A DNA stretch of 64,000 bases from an uncultured Candidatus Saccharibacteria bacterium (GTDB taxonomy: Bacteria; Patescibacteriota; Minisyncoccia; Phycocordibacterales; Phycocordibacteraceae): contig CAZDPG010000001.1 of assembly GCA_964507275.1 (NCBI GenBank), positions 20,958-84,957 of the forward strand, read 5' to 3'. The position numbers and the translations under genes are program-made. Under the pieces are notes generated by a model. The model made no database searches. It was not told where the DNA came from and saw nothing but the letters and a program-made list of their open reading frames with translations. Numbering within the stretch: the first letter of the stretch is position 1; every line of letters begins with the position of its first letter. This document shows positions 61,936 to 64,000 of this stretch, in pieces.

Positions 61936-63042
61936 ATGCACATGCGGCGAATCGGTCTCGGTATCGCAGGTATCTTTGTAAGTCTCTTTCTTCTCTTCTC
62001 TGGAGTCACAATCTCCGCATCCAGAGTCTCGCCGGTTTCCTTTGGGCCTCCCATCGCATACGCGTCGAGCGACATCATTGGAGCAGTCATTATGGCCGCC
62101 GTCATAGTCGCTGTCGCTGTCGCCGCGCCAGAATTGTTTGCCGGCTTTGATGCGACTCTCGGAGGAGTGTCTACCTTCATAACAGAAGACGGCCTTCTCA
62201 CGTATGGCGCATTGGGCGGTGCTCTCGAGGTAGGGACTGTCGCGGCCGCTGTTGCTATAAATCAGGTCGCCATGATTGTCGCCGAATGTGTGACCGGACT
62301 GATTTGTGGTGATGATGGTGGGAATCCGAACAGCACCTATAGCGTTGCCGCAGGTGCGGTAACTGGCGACGAGTGCTACGGCGCAGTGAATTCCTGCGGC
62401 CAGGCGTATAAGGGGGCGTTTGAGACTGACCCCGCTACTGGGACAAATGGCTGTAAGATTGGCGGTAGTTTCGCGTACGGCGCACCACCAGAATCAGGAT
62501 GTTCCGGTCCAGCGGTGACACTCTCTGCTTTGGGACACGCCGTCAACTCGGGCAAATCAACGACGCTTACGTGGGATTCTCCGGGTGCAGAATACTGTGT
62601 GTGGAAGGGAGGCGAACAGGACGTGAAGGTGCCTCCCTCAGGCAATCTCGATACGGGGCCACTCACTCAGAATACGTCCTACCAGATCCATTGTGCCGAT
62701 GCGAGCGGCTCCTATGGTCAGTTGGCGACACTGACGATAACCGTGTTCACTCCGCAGGTGTCTATTAGTGCGAATCCAGTTCGCGTGCGTGCCGGCGTAC
62801 AGTCGACTATCTCGTGGAACGGGAAAGATGTGAAGTCGTGCGTTGTGGCTAGCCCCGGCGGACAAACAATAGCGAGTGGTGATACCGACGAGAGTCGTAT
62901 ATTCTCAATGAACTCTCCGTTCCCGACCACTATCACGACTCAAAGTATCTTTACTATCACCTGTCAGTCGCTTGTCGATGGGGATTCGGTACCTCCGAAA
63001 TCAGTCATGGTAAACGTAGTTCCGGAGTACCAGGAGTTCTAG
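61936..63042 (+). CDS. membrane-anchored Cys-rich protein with C-terminal Ig-like repeats (hypothetical)
   Basis: TM helices, Cys-rich middle ('CVTGLICGDDGG...CYGAVNSCGQAY'), two repeats 'VxLSALGHAVNSGKSTTLTW' / 'VSISANPVRVRAGVQSTISW'. Confidence 0.4.
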   Translation: MHMRRIGLGIAGIFVSLFLLFSGVTISASRVSPVSFGPPIAYASSDIIGAVIMAAVIVAVAVAAPELFAGFDATLGGVSTFITEDGLLTYGALGGALEVGTVAAAVAINQVAMIVAECVTGLICGDDGGNPNSTYSVAAGAVTGDECYGAVNSCGQAYKGAFETDPATGTNGCKIGGSFAYGAPPESGCSGPAVTLSALGHAVNSGKSTTLTWDSPGAEYCVWKGGEQDVKVPPSGNLDTGPLTQNTSYQIHCADASGSYGQLATLTITVFTPQVSISANPVRVRAGVQSTISWNGKDVKSCVVASPGGQTIASGDTDESRIFSMNSPFPTTITTQSIFTITCQSLVDGDSVPPKSVMVNVVPEYQEF

Positions 63043-63135
63043 CCGTGAGGGCAGGGGGTTGCTTTTTTATGTAATGTGTGGTAGCATTATCCTTGGTTAA
63101 GTTGTTCCCCGAAACACCCATTCAAGGAGAGAGAC

Positions 63136-63684
63136 ATGAACGCTATTCGCGCGTTACTGATGTTGCTGTTCGTCTTTTCGGGTTGTACAGCGGCTCAATC
63201 TTCATCACCCGAAACGAGTATGGCCATTCCATCGGCTACCAAGGTCGTCGTCATCGCTTGCTACGTTAAGCAATCAACGGTTTTTTCCAGCCAGTCGCCG
63301 GCCGCGCGAGATGATTTCTCTGACTTCATCAAGAGCGAGACCGACGTGCTCGTGCACGGGCTTGAGAAGGGACTGACCGACTCCGGTTTTGTCGTCTCGA
63401 CCGTCATCACGTCCGGTCCTTGCAAGGTGAAGGATACGGTGGACGGCGGCATCACGGTGCCCATAATCTTCACGATGATCAACCAGAGCTCGGATGAAGA
63501 CCTCATCGTTGCCAGGACATTCATCAAGGAGTTCGGTTCCAACCGTGCGGTCGGTGTCGTCCAAAGGAAGATCAACGGCGTCCTGGGCAAGGTGAAAGCA
63601 CAAGACGTGGTCGCCGACGTGGTGACGGAGGTCGTCAAGGCCGTGCAGAGCAAGACGGTACCCGGTACCGCCAAGACAGGATGA
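63136..63684 (+). CDS. putative lipoprotein (hypothetical)
   Basis: 'MNAIRALLMLLFVFSGC' signal peptide with lipobox Cys; 'aaggagag' RBS upstream. Confidence 0.45.
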   Translation: MNAIRALLMLLFVFSGCTAAQSSSPETSMAIPSATKVVVIACYVKQSTVFSSQSPAARDDFSDFIKSETDVLVHGLEKGLTDSGFVVSTVITSGPCKVKDTVDGGITVPIIFTMINQSSDEDLIVARTFIKEFGSNRAVGVVQRKINGVLGKVKAQDVVADVVTEVVKAVQSKTVPGTAKTG

Positions 63685-63706
63685 ATCTATGCAGATGCGT
63701 CGAATG

Positions 63707-63745
63707 AGAGCGGAAGGTATGGCACCTTCCGCTCTTTCTTTTTGC
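63707..63745 (+). terminator. rho-independent terminator
   Basis: 'agagcggaaggt atggca ccttccgctct' followed by 'ttctttttg'. Confidence 0.6.
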
Positions 63746-63812
63746 CTGTATGCTTCCGCAGTCTTGGGGATAACTTTTAAGCGGTTTTTCAAGTCGTGAT
63801 ATCATTTCTCGT

Positions 63813-64000
63813 ATGAAGAAAAGCTATAAAACAGTTTCGGTTGTGGTTCTCGTTGGCATTCTCGTTGGCGTGGCGAGTACCGCCTTCCAGAAGGTTCAGG
63901 GATATGTTGCTGCGGGTATCAAGGACAGTCAAAAACTGCGTGTTGCAGAAAGTAACACGTGCGATCCGACAAAGGCTCAGAAGCCTCATTTCGGTGGTTG
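63813..64000 (+). CDS. hypothetical exported/membrane protein (3' end outside window)
   Basis: ATG with 'MKKSYKTVSVVVLVGILVGVAST' hydrophobic N-terminus; runs to window edge. Confidence 0.3.
   Translation, partial: MKKSYKTVSVVVLVGILVGVASTAFQKVQGYVAAGIKDSQKLRVAESNTCDPTKAQKPHFGG

Noticed and set aside
1-64000. Search for tRNA or rRNA genes in intergenic gaps (21647-21776, 22265-22420, 25786-26396, 63043-63135)
   Set aside because: No cloverleaf-compatible segments with a T-loop 'GTTCRANYC' or anticodon-stem pattern, and no rRNA-like conserved blocks, were recognised by eye. tRNAscan/Infernal would be needed to be certain.

Overview
This is a high-GC (roughly 55-60%) bacterial window with CPR/Patescibacteria-like traits: a class I fructose-bisphosphate aldolase, a transketolase split into two genes, type IV pilins, many leaderless-looking promoters and a giant repeat protein. 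It contains four parts.

- **1-14.6 kb, glycan locus:** three GT4 glycosyltransferases, one GT2 and one GT-B enzyme, four SAM-dependent methyltransferases, a FemAB-like protein and a DUF3473-like deacetylase, a NUDIX hydrolase, an SDR epimerase, rfbB and rfbC, and a Wzx-type flippase.
- **14.7-25.8 kb, housekeeping genes:** an O-antigen ligase-TPR protein, murB, a small lysine-rich ORF missed by the ORF track, secA, a ParD/RelE-type pair, obg and gatB.
- **24.9-45.3 kb, accessory island:** an AT-rich, palindrome-dense leader precedes a 13.2-kb gene for a 4407-aa fibre-like protein. That protein has an N-terminal HTH-like domain, a TM anchor, about 40 'GNVGIGTTSP' beta-repeats, and a C-terminal peptidase-S74 intramolecular-chaperone domain. 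It ends in the N-terminal half of an intein. The C-terminal half of the intein and a 442-aa C-extein lie 2.5 kb downstream in a separate ORF, so the gene appears fractured by a split intein. The gap carries three freestanding ORFs: an AT-rich NYN nuclease, an InsA-like zinc-ribbon/HTH protein fused to a PD-(D/E)xK nuclease, and a four-helix-bundle Avd/23S-IVS-family protein. Downstream are a Bro-N/DinD-like protein, a small zinc-ribbon ORF, a solitary MazF/PemK-like toxin, a partial duplicate of the nuclease 5' end with two strong hairpins, and a 1349-aa LamG-repeat secreted protein.
- **49.4-64 kb, core genes:** gap, a second MazF-like paralogue, rpiB, an rpe-like gene, split transketolase with a pilin gene inserted between the halves, a PfkB kinase, class I fba, a DinJ/YafQ pair, rplY, a coiled-coil lytic transglycosylase and several secreted or membrane hypotheticals.

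I found no rRNA, tRNA or CRISPR array.
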